A stretch of DNA of 64,000 bases from Omnitrophica WOR_2 bacterium RIFOXYA2_FULL_38_17 (GTDB lineage: Bacteria; Omnitrophota; Gorgyraeia; Zapsychrales; Zapsychraceae): assembly GCA_001805965.1 (NCBI GenBank), contig MHHG01000055.1, positions 3,680 through 67,679 of the forward strand, in the 5' to 3' direction. This document shows positions 1 to 9,810 of this stretch, piece after piece. Positions within the stretch are counted from its first letter, which is position 1. Every line of letters begins with the position of its first letter. Made by a program: the position numbers and the translations under genes. The notes beneath the pieces were generated by a model. The model searched no databases, was not told the DNA's origin, and saw only the letters and a list, made by a program, of their open reading frames with translations.

Positions 1-381
1 AGTCAATCGTCTTATAAAAGGCATCCCTTTTGAATCAGTCATTCTGTTCCCATTAACGACTATGTCTTTGTTATCCCGAGCAAAATCAATAAATTTTTCA
101 AAATCATCAACATCATGCTGGCCATCGCCATCAATCGTTATAACACCGTCAAAACCTTCCTTAATAGCATATTCAAATCCTTTGCGCAGAGAATAGCCCT
201 TTCCGCTCTTATTTTCATTAAGAATAACAACAGCGCCTTTATCCTTCGCTATCTTACCAGATCTATCTGCTGAGCCGTCATCAATAACAATAACAGCTTG
301 CTTTTTTTTTACCAAGGAACCAACAATGTCACCAATGGCGTTTTCTTCATTATGCACAGGGATTATTACACATATTCTCAT
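1..381 (-). CDS. Glycosyltransferase family 2 (DPM/DPG-synthase-like), truncated by window edge
   Basis: Not in ORF track. Manual translation from ATG at 381: MRICVIIPVHNEENAIG..VIVIDDGSADRS..NKSGKGYSLRKG..ITIDGDGQHD (GT-A motifs). ATGA overlap with the upstream gene. Confidence 0.9.
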   Translation of the reverse strand, partial: MRICVIIPVHNEENAIGDIVGSLVKKKQAVIVIDDGSADRSGKIAKDKGAVVILNENKSGKGYSLRKGFEYAIKEGFDGVITIDGDGQHDVDDFEKFIDFARDNKDIVVNGNRMTDSKGMPFIRRLT

Positions 382-1259
382 TTTACCCAAAACTCCCTAA
401 ACATTATCCATTGCTCAGGATTGCTGCTTATTATATTTTCTATTACCTTAAGATACTGCTTCATAAGGCCTTGAATTGCTTCATCTTTTTGCATCCTACC
501 GCTTCTTCTCTGCGGGTATATTGGCTCACAAAACGATAGAACAAATTTCTTTAACGAATTACCCGTCTCTTCATTTTTTCTTATCAAAAACACTGGAATA
601 ATTGGCGCTCCAGTTTTATTTGAAAAAACCGCAGCTCCTCTGGGAACAATAGTAGTCTTTCCAAAAAACTCTAGTGGCTGCCCTAAATTAGTAAAATCCC
701 TTTCGCCAAGAAGCGCGACTATTTCATTTCTGTCTAGAGCCTCTAAGCATCTTCTCGCAGCAAGGTTTGAGGGAATAATCTTTATACCCTTTTCCGACCT
801 TTGCTTATTGAACAGGTCATTTACTTGTTTTTCTTTATGAGGAAGAGCGATGCCATTAATAGGATACCCAAGCAGACTTAAGACTATGGCCCCAAGCTCC
901 CAATTACCAACATGGGCGGTTACAAGGATAGCTCCTTTGCCTAACTTCAGTGCCTTATCAAGATATTCAATATTCTCAAATTGAATATTATCCTTAACAA
1001 AGTCCTTTGTAACTTTTTTTCCGGTGAGAAAAAACTCGACCAAATACCGCCCAAAATTAATGAATATCTCTTTTGCCGTCCTATCAAGTTCATGCTCTCT
1101 ATGCAATATCATCTTAAGGTTATTCTTTACTGCTTTTTTGTCGACAACTGATAGTGCATACTGAACGCTTGAAATAAAACGCGCAATCCTGTATGACAAA
1201 CTAACCGGAACTCTATAAAGAATGAAAAGGCCGAACTTATACAAGAAATATTTAATCAT
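378..1259 (-). CDS. Lysophospholipid acyltransferase, LpxL/HtrB/PatA family
   Basis: GAILVTAHVGNWE catalytic motif, FFGK, TGAPIIPVF, PEQWIMF C-terminus. Confidence 0.85.
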   Translation of the reverse strand: MIKYFLYKFGLFILYRVPVSLSYRIARFISSVQYALSVVDKKAVKNNLKMILHREHELDRTAKEIFINFGRYLVEFFLTGKKVTKDFVKDNIQFENIEYLDKALKLGKGAILVTAHVGNWELGAIVLSLLGYPINGIALPHKEKQVNDLFNKQRSEKGIKIIPSNLAARRCLEALDRNEIVALLGERDFTNLGQPLEFFGKTTIVPRGAAVFSNKTGAPIIPVFLIRKNEETGNSLKKFVLSFCEPIYPQRRSGRMQKDEAIQGLMKQYLKVIENIISSNPEQWIMFREFWVK

Positions 1260-1293
1260 AAAACAGATCTACAAAATAACCAAACGCTTAAAG

Positions 1294-2430
1294 TTAAGTA
1301 TGTTCCAATATTAGTTTTGCAATATCAAGCGAAGCATGTGGTTTAGCATTTTCATATGCTGCCTTGCTCATTGAATTTAGCCTGGCTGGAGATTTCAATA
1401 AAAGCTCAACTTCCTCGCCAATGTCCTTTGTGTCATCAATGCGAATAGCAACGCCTTTCTTTATAAGGAAATCAGTATTGCGCATTTCCTGGCCAGGAAC
1501 TGAATTAACAATCACCATCGGCAATCCTTTTGCCAAACACTCTGCAGATGTTATCCCGCCGGGCTTGGTAATAATTAAAGTAGCAAGGTCCATTAATTCA
1601 TCAATATTATGCGCAAATTCAAAAACCAAAATCTTCTTTTCGCTTTTTTTAACGCTGCTCTTGATCTTTTTAATTATCTTTTCATTTTTACCCGCTAGCA
1701 CAACAATCTGAAAATTCATTTCAACTTTGATTAAAGACTTTACAATGTTCTTGATAGGGCCTAAACCATGGCCACCGCCCATTATAAGTATTGTTGGCAC
1801 ATTAGAATCCAAACCTAATTTCTGTGCTATTGGCTCTTTATCCAGCTGCGAAGCAAATTTTCCCCTTATAGGTATGCCATATATCTTGACTGCATCCGGA
1901 GAAATACCTTTTGCGACCAATCTATCTTTTGCCTCGACTGAATGCACTATATAATAATCAACTCCTTGATTTATCCAAAATGAATGTGGCGCAAAATCAG
2001 TCAAAACTCCAACCAATACAGTGTCTAATTTATGCTCAACCTTATAATCAGCTACCATTCCGCACGGAAAAGCCTGCGTGCAAACAACAGCATTTGGGCT
2101 GTGCTTAGCAAAAAGCCTTCCGATCTTCTCATGACTTGTTTTGTGAAGGAAGTTCTTTATTGATTGAGATTTCTTAACAATCTTTGGATTGTCATAGAGA
2201 TAATCCCACACCTTTGGCGTGGTCTTTATAACACTCATATAAGTATTATGAACCACCTTTTCCAAAATGGGATAGGTGTAACCAAAACCATTAATAGCTG
2301 GCACTTCTATACCTGGGTCTAACTGACGCAAGGATTCCTGAATAGCAAGCGTAGCCTGCCTATGCCCAGAAACCTTGGTAATATACATTGATAAAACTCT
2401 TCGTTTTTTTTCTTTTTTATAAGGGTTCAT
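1294..2430 (-). CDS. Monogalactosyldiacylglycerol synthase / UgtP-like glycosyltransferase (GT28)
   Basis: SGHRQA, VLTDF..HSFW, GIPI, ILIMGGGHGLG, ITKPGGITSAE, PGQEMRN motifs. Confidence 0.85.
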   Translation of the reverse strand: MNPYKKEKKRRVLSMYITKVSGHRQATLAIQESLRQLDPGIEVPAINGFGYTYPILEKVVHNTYMSVIKTTPKVWDYLYDNPKIVKKSQSIKNFLHKTSHEKIGRLFAKHSPNAVVCTQAFPCGMVADYKVEHKLDTVLVGVLTDFAPHSFWINQGVDYYIVHSVEAKDRLVAKGISPDAVKIYGIPIRGKFASQLDKEPIAQKLGLDSNVPTILIMGGGHGLGPIKNIVKSLIKVEMNFQIVVLAGKNEKIIKKIKSSVKKSEKKILVFEFAHNIDELMDLATLIITKPGGITSAECLAKGLPMVIVNSVPGQEMRNTDFLIKKGVAIRIDDTKDIGEEVELLLKSPARLNSMSKAAYENAKPHASLDIAKLILEHT

Positions 2431-2687
2431 TGAATTTCACTTTCATAATTCTTTTCTTCATCAATACAGGCAATAACTTGACCGACTTCAATTTCCTGCC
2501 CGACTGCGACAAGTATATTGCTTATATCTCCTGAAACATTTGTTGGCACATTAAATGTTGCTTTATCAGTAACAACTTCCACAATATCATCATCAGCATT
2601 AACATGGTCGCCTATATTATAATGAAAACAAGCTACCGTTGCTTTTTCAATATCTTCCCCTAATTCCGGCAACTTTATTTCCACCAT
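2427..2687 (-). CDS. Stand-alone lipoyl/biotinyl attachment domain protein
   Basis: MVEIKLPELGE start, VEVVTDKAT lipoyl-Lys motif, VGQEIEVGQVIA. 86 aa with no E2 catalytic domain. Confidence 0.85.
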   Translation of the reverse strand: MVEIKLPELGEDIEKATVACFHYNIGDHVNADDDIVEVVTDKATFNVPTNVSGDISNILVAVGQEIEVGQVIACIDEEKNYESEIQ

Positions 2688-2691
2688 ATTA

Positions 2692-3330
2692 TTATTGTCC
2701 CTTTTTCATACCAAACTGGCTACAAAAACAATCTATTAATACCTGTTTAACTTCGTTTATTTCAATATCCCTGCCTAAAACCTGAGAAACTGATGTCATG
2801 CTAACATTCAATCCACAAGGGTTTATCATTGCAAAATGGTTTAAATCTGTATTAACATTAAGAGCTAAACCATGTATAGATACCCATTTACGAACACCTA
2901 TACCAATTGATGCTATTTTTTTATCACCAACCCATGCACCGGTCTTCCCCGACAATCTATTAGCCACTATATCAAAATCACTTAATAAATCAATCACAAC
3001 TTGTTCTAATTTAAACAAATATTTCCTCAAATCCTTTCCATAATTCGCTAAATTGAGAATAGGATATGCAACAAGCTGTCCCTTTGCATGCAAAGTAACG
3101 TCTCCGCCCCTATCAATACCCAACACATCTACACCGATCTCCTTTAATTTATCTTTTGAATAGAGGACATTGGACTCCTTTGCCAATCTTCCCATAGTAA
3201 GAACTGTTGGATGCTCGCAAAGAATTAATACCTGGTCTGAACCATCAAGAACTTCTTTCGCATACTTTTGCTGAAGAGCGTATGCCTCTTTGTAATCAAT
3301 TATCCCGAGATCAATAACTTTACAATTCAT
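2692..3330 (-). CDS. lipB: Octanoyltransferase LipB
   Basis: EHPTVLTMG, DRGGDVTLH..GQLVAYP, KIASIG, HGLALNV, INPCG. Start moved to ATG 3330, which follows AGGA. Confidence 0.92.
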   Translation of the reverse strand: MNCKVIDLGIIDYKEAYALQQKYAKEVLDGSDQVLILCEHPTVLTMGRLAKESNVLYSKDKLKEIGVDVLGIDRGGDVTLHAKGQLVAYPILNLANYGKDLRKYLFKLEQVVIDLLSDFDIVANRLSGKTGAWVGDKKIASIGIGVRKWVSIHGLALNVNTDLNHFAMINPCGLNVSMTSVSQVLGRDIEINEVKQVLIDCFCSQFGMKKGQ

Positions 3331-3367
3331 GATAAATCCTGCTTTTATCAATAATTATCTATTCAAG

Positions 3368-3406
3368 AAAAAAAAGACCTTGTTCTTTAATATTCGAACA
3401 AGGCCT
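3368..3406 (-). terminator. Intrinsic terminator after the dehydrogenase gene
   Basis: Minus strand AGGCCTTGTTC-loop-GAACAAGGTCT followed by a T run. Confidence 0.8.
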
Positions 3407-3423
3407 TATTAAAATATTTATCA

Positions 3424-4629
3424 TTAGTTTAATTTATTAACTTCAGATTCCCAGCAAACCTTAAGCTCAGGATTATCTATCCATGAAAACAAATATTTGC
3501 AATATTCTTCTCCTGTAACTCCGGTATCTCTGCCAGTTATTACCATTTTCTTTTCAAATTGCCCGCACATTTCCAATGCCATTTCTATTTTCTCAGCAAT
3601 TTTTTGACGACCTATATGTCTCAGAAGCATAGCGCTTGCCCTGATCATAGAACAAGGATCTGCATAAATATCCCTTCCCTCCTTAACCATTCTGGGAGCA
3701 CTTCCATGAATAGCCTCGAACATTGACCACTTATCTCCTATATTTGCACTACCAGCTGTCCCAACGCCGCCTTGCATTTGCGCTGCTTCATCAGTCAAAA
3801 TATCCCCGTAAAGATTCGGCATAACCATCACCTTAAACTCTTGTCGACGTGCAGGATCTATCAATTTTGCTGTCATAATATCTATATACCATTCGTCAAC
3901 TTTTATGCCTGGATATTCTTTAGCCAACCTCTTTGCAACTTTTGAAAAACGTCCGTCAGTTGTTTTAACAACATTTGACTTAGTTATAACTGTAACTCTA
4001 TCAATATCATTATTTTTAGCATACTCAAGCGCCATTCTAATGATTCTTTCAGACCCCTGTTCAGTGATCACCTTAAAATCAATACTAAGGTCATCTGACA
4101 CATCAAACCCTTTTGAGCCTAAAACATATTCACCTTCTGTATTTTCCCTAAAAAAACACCAGTCAATGCCTTCCTGAGGGATTTTTACCGGACGAACATT
4201 CGCATAAAGATCAAGACTCCTTCTCATCGCCACATTCGCGCTCTCAATGTTGGGCCATTCATCACCTGTCTGGGGAGTTGTAGTAGGCCCCTTTAAAATA
4301 ACATGACAAGACTTAATCTCTTCTAAAACATCATCCGGAATCGCCTTTTTTTGTTTCGCCCTGTTCTCAATTGTTAATCCTGCAATATCCTTAAATTTAA
4401 TTTTGCCGCTTGCCACTTCATCTTTTAAAACATATTCTAAAACACTTTGCGCATGTTTAGAGATAATTTTCCCAATGCCATCCCCCCAACAGACACCGAT
4501 CTTTATTTGATCAAGCAGTGTAAAATCTGTTTTTTCACAACTCTTTTTCAAGGCTTCAACTCTTCCAAGCTGCTCTGTTAAAATAGCTTCAAATTTTTCT
4601 TTTGCTTTTTCAATTATTTTTTTTGACAT
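3424..4629 (-). CDS. Isocitrate/isopropylmalate dehydrogenase family protein (probably isocitrate dehydrogenase)
   Basis: GDGIG, KGPTTTP, SANVAMRRSLDLYANVRP, RENTEGEY, NLYGDILTD, FEAIHGSAP. Confidence 0.88.
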   Translation of the reverse strand: MSKKIIEKAKEKFEAILTEQLGRVEALKKSCEKTDFTLLDQIKIGVCWGDGIGKIISKHAQSVLEYVLKDEVASGKIKFKDIAGLTIENRAKQKKAIPDDVLEEIKSCHVILKGPTTTPQTGDEWPNIESANVAMRRSLDLYANVRPVKIPQEGIDWCFFRENTEGEYVLGSKGFDVSDDLSIDFKVITEQGSERIIRMALEYAKNNDIDRVTVITKSNVVKTTDGRFSKVAKRLAKEYPGIKVDEWYIDIMTAKLIDPARRQEFKVMVMPNLYGDILTDEAAQMQGGVGTAGSANIGDKWSMFEAIHGSAPRMVKEGRDIYADPCSMIRASAMLLRHIGRQKIAEKIEMALEMCGQFEKKMVITGRDTGVTGEEYCKYLFSWIDNPELKVCWESEVNKLN

Positions 4630-4721
4630 GTTTTTCTCATTATAGAAATAAAAGATACTCTATTTAATATTATTCTTAACTGGTCTTGATTTAAATAAAA
4701 CAAAGAATAGAAAAAAGAAGA

Positions 4722-5777
4722 TTACTTCTTAATTAGCTGCTTGAACTCTTCAACATTCGCTACATGCTTCATAGCTTCTTCATAAGTTATGACCCCTTGC
4801 TTATAAAGCAATCTCAAAGACATATCCATTGTATGCATACCAAAGCTTGAGCCTGTTTGTATAGAAGTAGGGATTTGCTCCGTAGCTCTCTCTCTGATTA
4901 AATTACGTATGGCTGGCGTAGCAATTAAAACTTCCGTCGCAACAACACGCCCTAAACCATCCGCTCGCACAACTAGCTTCTGCGAGACAATCCCTTGCAA
5001 ACAAGTAGACAACTGCAAACGTATTTGTTGTTGTTGATGAGATGGGAAAACATCAATAACGCGTTCTATAGTTTGAGCAGTATCTGGCGTATGCAAAGTT
5101 GCAAAAACCAAATGCCCTGTTTCAGCTGCTGTGAGAGCAGTTGAAATTGTTTCTAGGTCTCTCATCTCTCCCACAACAATAACATCAGGATCCTGCCTCA
5201 AACATCTTTTAAGCGCTTCTGAAAATGACAAAGTATCAGAATATAATTCTCTTTGCTTAATAACCGCCTTCTTATTTGTGTGCATATACTCAATAGGATC
5301 TTCAACGCAAATGATCATACAGGGATTTTCCTCATTGATCAATTGTATCATGGCTGCAAGAGAAGTTGTTTTACCTGAACCTGTTGGCCCAGTGATCAAG
5401 ACAAGCCCATTAGGCCTTCTTGAGAACTCAATAACTGAAGGCGGCAGCCCTAAATCATTTATTGAAGGAATAAATAAAGGTATCCTTCTTAGAGCGGCTT
5501 CAACTGAACCTTTTTGCAAATGGACATTAACCCTAAATCTGTCAATGCCTTCAAACTCCAATGAAAAATCTAATTCTTTATCACGTTCAAATTTTTCCTT
5601 CTGAACATCAGACAAAACACCATAAATACACTTCTTCAACTCTTCTCTTGTTAAAATTTTTTTATCAGTTATAACTAATCTTCCGTCAATTCTTAAAATT
5701 GGAGGGCTATTTTCTGTAAGATGCAAATCAGATGCTTTTTTCTCGACTGCTAATTTAAGTAGTTCTTTAAGATCCAC
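4722..5777 (-). CDS. pilT: Type IV pilus retraction ATPase PilT
   Basis: ASDLH, GPTGSGKTT, EDPIE, LRQDPDVIVVGEMRD, TGHLVFATLHT, AIRNLIRE motif. GTG start. Confidence 0.93.
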   Translation of the reverse strand: MDLKELLKLAVEKKASDLHLTENSPPILRIDGRLVITDKKILTREELKKCIYGVLSDVQKEKFERDKELDFSLEFEGIDRFRVNVHLQKGSVEAALRRIPLFIPSINDLGLPPSVIEFSRRPNGLVLITGPTGSGKTTSLAAMIQLINEENPCMIICVEDPIEYMHTNKKAVIKQRELYSDTLSFSEALKRCLRQDPDVIVVGEMRDLETISTALTAAETGHLVFATLHTPDTAQTIERVIDVFPSHQQQQIRLQLSTCLQGIVSQKLVVRADGLGRVVATEVLIATPAIRNLIRERATEQIPTSIQTGSSFGMHTMDMSLRLLYKQGVITYEEAMKHVANVEEFKQLIKK

Positions 5778-5819
5778 TTTTATGCTCCTGATAAGATGAT
5801 TTATTTAGGTGAGTAGTTG

Positions 5820-6986
5820 TTAAGCCTGCTTTTTGATCCACTCTTTTATACGTTTTGTTCCTTCTGCGATCCTCTCGCAAGAAGTTGCAAAACTCAAACG
5901 CATAAAACCTGGAGAACCAAAACTGTCCCCTGGGATCATTGCAACATTAACATCATTCAAGATATTTTTTGCCACTTCAAGGGATTCCCCCAACTTAGAA
6001 AAATCACAGAAGAGATAAAAAGCTCCTTGAGGCATAATATAACTTATCTCATCAACTTCGTCAAAAGCAGATGTAATAAGGTCACGCCTTTTCTTAAATT
6101 CTTTTCTCATTTCCGTAAAATATTCTTTTGTCTCACTTAAAGACTGCAGGGCAGCTTTTTGACTAATAGATGATGGGCATGAAGTTGAGTGATCTTGTAA
6201 TTTAGTAATATACCCAAGAATCTCCTCGCTTGCGGCACAATAACCAATTCTCCAACCTGTCATAGCCGCTGACTTTGAGACGCCATTAACAGTTATTGTT
6301 AAATCATAAATCTCTTTGCCTAAAGAAGCTATAGAAACGCATTCCTCAGATCCATAAACAAACTGTTCATAGATCTCATCACTTATAACATAAACATTGT
6401 TTTTAACACAAATATCTGCGATTGATTGCAGTTCTGGTTTTGAATACAGCATACCTGTCGGGTTTGAAGGAGAATTCAGAATCAAAAGTTTTGTTTTATC
6501 GGTAATACTCTTTTCTAACTGTTTTGCTGTGATTTTGAAATTTGTATCCGCGCTGGTTTCGATAAATTTTGATGTAGCCCCAGACAGCTTTACCATTTCA
6601 GGATAGCTGACCCAATATGGGGTTGGGATCAAAACCTCTTCTCCAACATCAGTCAAAACCTGGATTATGCAAAACAAGGAATGCTTTGCCCCGCAAGAAA
6701 CAGCGATCTGTGATGGTTTATATACAAGATTATTATCTCTTTTAAATTTATCACAAATAGCTTGCCTTAATTCAATGGCACCAACGCTTGGTGTATATTT
6801 GGTATAATCATCACAAATAGCTTTAATAGCAGCATATTTAATATGCTGAGGAGTTCCAAAATCAGGCTCACCTGCCGCGAAGTTTACAACATCAAAGCCT
6901 TTTGCCCTTAATTCTTTTGCTCTTGCCGTAATTGCTAAAGTTGATGAAGCCTCAAGATCCTTTACTCTGCCATTAACTTTTAACAT
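5820..6986 (-). CDS. aspC: PLP-dependent class I aminotransferase (aspartate aminotransferase-like)
   Basis: AAGEPDF, NSPSNPTG, SDEIY, SKSAAMTGWRIG, PQGAFY. Confidence 0.88.
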   Translation of the reverse strand: MLKVNGRVKDLEASSTLAITARAKELRAKGFDVVNFAAGEPDFGTPQHIKYAAIKAICDDYTKYTPSVGAIELRQAICDKFKRDNNLVYKPSQIAVSCGAKHSLFCIIQVLTDVGEEVLIPTPYWVSYPEMVKLSGATSKFIETSADTNFKITAKQLEKSITDKTKLLILNSPSNPTGMLYSKPELQSIADICVKNNVYVISDEIYEQFVYGSEECVSIASLGKEIYDLTITVNGVSKSAAMTGWRIGYCAASEEILGYITKLQDHSTSCPSSISQKAALQSLSETKEYFTEMRKEFKKRRDLITSAFDEVDEISYIMPQGAFYLFCDFSKLGESLEVAKNILNDVNVAMIPGDSFGSPGFMRLSFATSCERIAEGTKRIKEWIKKQA

Positions 6987-6999
6987 AACAAGTTAGCCC

Positions 7000-7620
7000 C
7001 TATTTCCCGGAAGATTTCTTGTTAAACATTTTTCTTATTCCGCTAAATCTCTGCGTAGACTTGTCTTTTTCCTTGCCGTCTACTCCCTTTTTAATCTCAA
7101 CCTTCAGTTGATCTTTTTTCTTTAAAGGTTCATTTGCCTCATCTTTTAGCGGTACTTTTAAAGCTTTATGTGTTTTAGTTATAACTTCAGCCTGTTCAGG
7201 CGCTACTTTTTCTACTTTAGTTTTTGAAGAAGCTTTCACTTTAGGCTTACTTACAACAATTGCCTTTTTTTCAGTTAGCTCAAGAAAAACAAGCTCAGCA
7301 TTATCACCTTTTCTTGTTCCAATCGGAATTATTCTTGTATATCCACCTTGCCTCTCTTTAAAACGAGGAGCAATGTCTGAAAATAATGCACTGACCAATC
7401 TATGATTACATAGGACGGCATATGCACGTCGCTTCTCAGCCAACGTACCTTTTTTCCCCATAGTAATAAGTTTATCAACTAATTTTCTTGCTTCCTTAGC
7501 CTTGGCTTTTGTAGTACTTATCCTATCTTTCAACAAAGCAGCTTTTGCAATATCTCGCATTGTTGCTTTTCTAAGACTAGAATTCCTACTTAATCTATTT
7601 CCTGAAATACCGTGTCGCAT
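7000..7620 (-). CDS. rplQ: 50S ribosomal protein bL17 with long basic C-terminal extension
   Basis: MRH..LSR, TTKAKAKE, GGYTRI, RKGDNA; position after rpoA. Confidence 0.95.
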   Translation of the reverse strand: MRHGISGNRLSRNSSLRKATMRDIAKAALLKDRISTTKAKAKEARKLVDKLITMGKKGTLAEKRRAYAVLCNHRLVSALFSDIAPRFKERQGGYTRIIPIGTRKGDNAELVFLELTEKKAIVVSKPKVKASSKTKVEKVAPEQAEVITKTHKALKVPLKDEANEPLKKKDQLKVEIKKGVDGKEKDKSTQRFSGIRKMFNKKSSGK

Positions 7621-7691
7621 CTAATTTCCTTTATATTTACTAATACTAATTATTTTCAATCCTATAAACTGAGGGAGGCCAAAAGAAAAAA

Positions 7692-8681
7692 TTAATCTTT
7701 TTTTCTTAGCTTTTTAGCATCCACTTTCATACCTAAATTAATACCCATTACCTTCAAAAGGTCATTAATTTCAGTTAGTGATTTTTTACCAAAATTCCTG
7801 AACGTCAGAAGTTCCGACTCAGTCTTTTTAACTAATTCAGCAATTGTTTTTATATTTGCATCTTTTAAACAATTTGCACTTCTCACAGATAACTCAAGCT
7901 CAGAAATAGGCAATCTTAGCTTTTCGTATAAAGATTGCTCTTCCGCTGATACTTCTTCTTCCTCTTCTTCTTCTTCAGGAAGCTGCCCGTAACTTACGAA
8001 AATATCTAAATGCCTTTGTAAAATATTGGCACTATAAAGAATAGCCTCTTTTGGATTGATGCTTCCATTTGTCCATATTTCAATTAGCAAACAATCATAA
8101 TCAGTTTTCTGTCCAACTCTAGTATTCTCAACGTCAAATTTAACCCTAGTAATTGGAGTGAAAATTGAATCAATTGGAATAGTTCCAACTGTAGCATCCT
8201 TTTTATTTAGCTCTGCTGGGACATATCCACGACCGCGAGATACTTCCATCTCTATTGAAAAAGAAGCGTCTCTTGATAATGTTGCAATATGAAGTCCTGG
8301 ATTCAATATTTCCACTGTCTCATCACAAATAATATCTGCAGCTGTTACTTCGCCCTTTTTATCGACTTTGATATAAATTGGCTTCGGTACTTTAGAATGA
8401 GATCGTAGGACCAATCTCTTAAGATTAAGAATGATCTCAGATACTGATTCCATAACACCAGGAATAGTTGAATACTCATGAGGAGCTCCTTCAACCTTTA
8501 TCGATGTTACTGCACTGCCTTCAATAGAGGATAACAATGCACGTCTAAGGGAGTTTCCTAAGGTAATACCATAACCTCTTTCGAATGGCTCGGCAATAAA
8601 TTTACCATAAGTATCTGTATAAGTTGCTTCATCACAATCTAGCCTTTTAGGCATCTGAAAATCGCGCCATTTGACTCCCAT
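7692..8681 (-). CDS. rpoA: RNA polymerase alpha subunit
   Basis: EPFERGYGITLGNSLRR, LELSVRSANCL, NFGKKSL. Confidence 0.98.
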   Translation of the reverse strand: MGVKWRDFQMPKRLDCDEATYTDTYGKFIAEPFERGYGITLGNSLRRALLSSIEGSAVTSIKVEGAPHEYSTIPGVMESVSEIILNLKRLVLRSHSKVPKPIYIKVDKKGEVTAADIICDETVEILNPGLHIATLSRDASFSIEMEVSRGRGYVPAELNKKDATVGTIPIDSIFTPITRVKFDVENTRVGQKTDYDCLLIEIWTNGSINPKEAILYSANILQRHLDIFVSYGQLPEEEEEEEEVSAEEQSLYEKLRLPISELELSVRSANCLKDANIKTIAELVKKTESELLTFRNFGKKSLTEINDLLKVMGINLGMKVDAKKLRKKD

Positions 8682-8712
8682 TTGTTCCTCCTAAATTTTG
8701 TTTTAATCTTTC

Positions 8713-8733
8713 CTGCAATATTCTATATTGCAG
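8713..8733. repeat. Short inverted repeat between rpsD and rpoA
   Basis: ctgcaatat-tct-atattgcag; no U tract on the sense strand. Confidence 0.5.
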
Positions 8734-8746
8734 AAGTTAAAATTTT

Positions 8747-9376
8747 TTACCTTGAATAAAGCTCTACGATCAACTGCTCATTAACTGGAAAACCAATATC
8801 CTCACGTTGTGGCAGCCTTACAACCTTTGCCTTGAAATGTGCTTTATCTACCTCAAGCCAACCAGGAACACTGCGATCTTTTGTAAGCTCAATATTATCT
8901 TTTACATTTTGCTGACCTTTAGTCGTAAAACGGACAGCTACTTCATCATTATCTTTAACTAAAAATGATGGAATATTAACTTTTCTATCATTAACATAAA
9001 CATAGCCATGTCCAACCAATTGCCGTGCTTGTCGTCTTGAAGTACAATATCCTGCTTGAAAGATAACATTGTCTATGCGTCTTTCTAAAAACTGCAATAA
9101 AATTGACCCCGTAATACCTTTTTTCCTTGTTGCCTTGGCAAAATAACTTCTAAACTGCTTTTCAAAAAGCCCATAGATCCTTTTAACTTTTTGCTTTTCG
9201 CGCAACTGAAGACCATAGTTAGATAATTTCACTCTTCTAGCCTTAGCGCCCTCTCCTGGAGCATAACTTCTTCTATCAAAAGCACAGCGATACGTAGAGC
9301 ACCTTGTGCCTTTCAAAAAAAGTTTTTCACCTTCCCGCCTACACAATCGGCAACTTGACCCGATATATTTTCCCAT
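8747..9376 (-). CDS. rpsD: 30S ribosomal protein uS4 (Zn-binding type)
   Basis: CRLCRREG..C..C, LREKQK, LERRIDN, IVELYSR. Confidence 0.98.
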   Translation of the reverse strand: MGKYIGSSCRLCRREGEKLFLKGTRCSTYRCAFDRRSYAPGEGAKARRVKLSNYGLQLREKQKVKRIYGLFEKQFRSYFAKATRKKGITGSILLQFLERRIDNVIFQAGYCTSRRQARQLVGHGYVYVNDRKVNIPSFLVKDNDEVAVRFTTKGQQNVKDNIELTKDRSVPGWLEVDKAHFKAKVVRLPQREDIGFPVNEQLIVELYSR

Positions 9377-9391
9377 AAATTTCCCCTTCTT

Positions 9392-9790
9392 TTACACCCT
9401 ACGTTTTTTTCTTGGACGACATCCATTATGCGGTAAAGGTGTAATATCCTTTATTGAAGTCACCAATAATCCATTTGCTTGCAATGCTCTAATTGCAGAT
9501 TCTCTGCCAGACCCAGGTCCCTTAACCAGAACTTCCACTGTCTTAATGCCTAATTCCTTTGCCTTCTTTGCAGCATCTGAACTAGCTAGCTGAGCAGCAA
9601 ATGGGGTAGATTTTTTTGATCCGTTAAATCCGACAACTCCTGGCGTTGACCAAACTATTACATTTCCTTGAGTATCTGTAATAGCAATTGATGTATTATT
9701 AAATGTTGATTTAATATGAACGACTCCAGAAGTTACCCCTTTTAATGCCTTCTTTTTAGCCTTATCTTTACGCTTAATTTCCTTTGCCAT
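9392..9790 (-). CDS. rpsK: 30S ribosomal protein uS11
   Basis: [28 protein letters not shown]. Confidence 0.98.
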   Translation of the reverse strand: MAKEIKRKDKAKKKALKGVTSGVVHIKSTFNNTSIAITDTQGNVIVWSTPGVVGFNGSKKSTPFAAQLASSDAAKKAKELGIKTVEVLVKGPGSGRESAIRALQANGLLVTSIKDITPLPHNGCRPRKKRRV

Positions 9791-9810
9791 TTAAAATCCT
9801 TTTTATTTTA

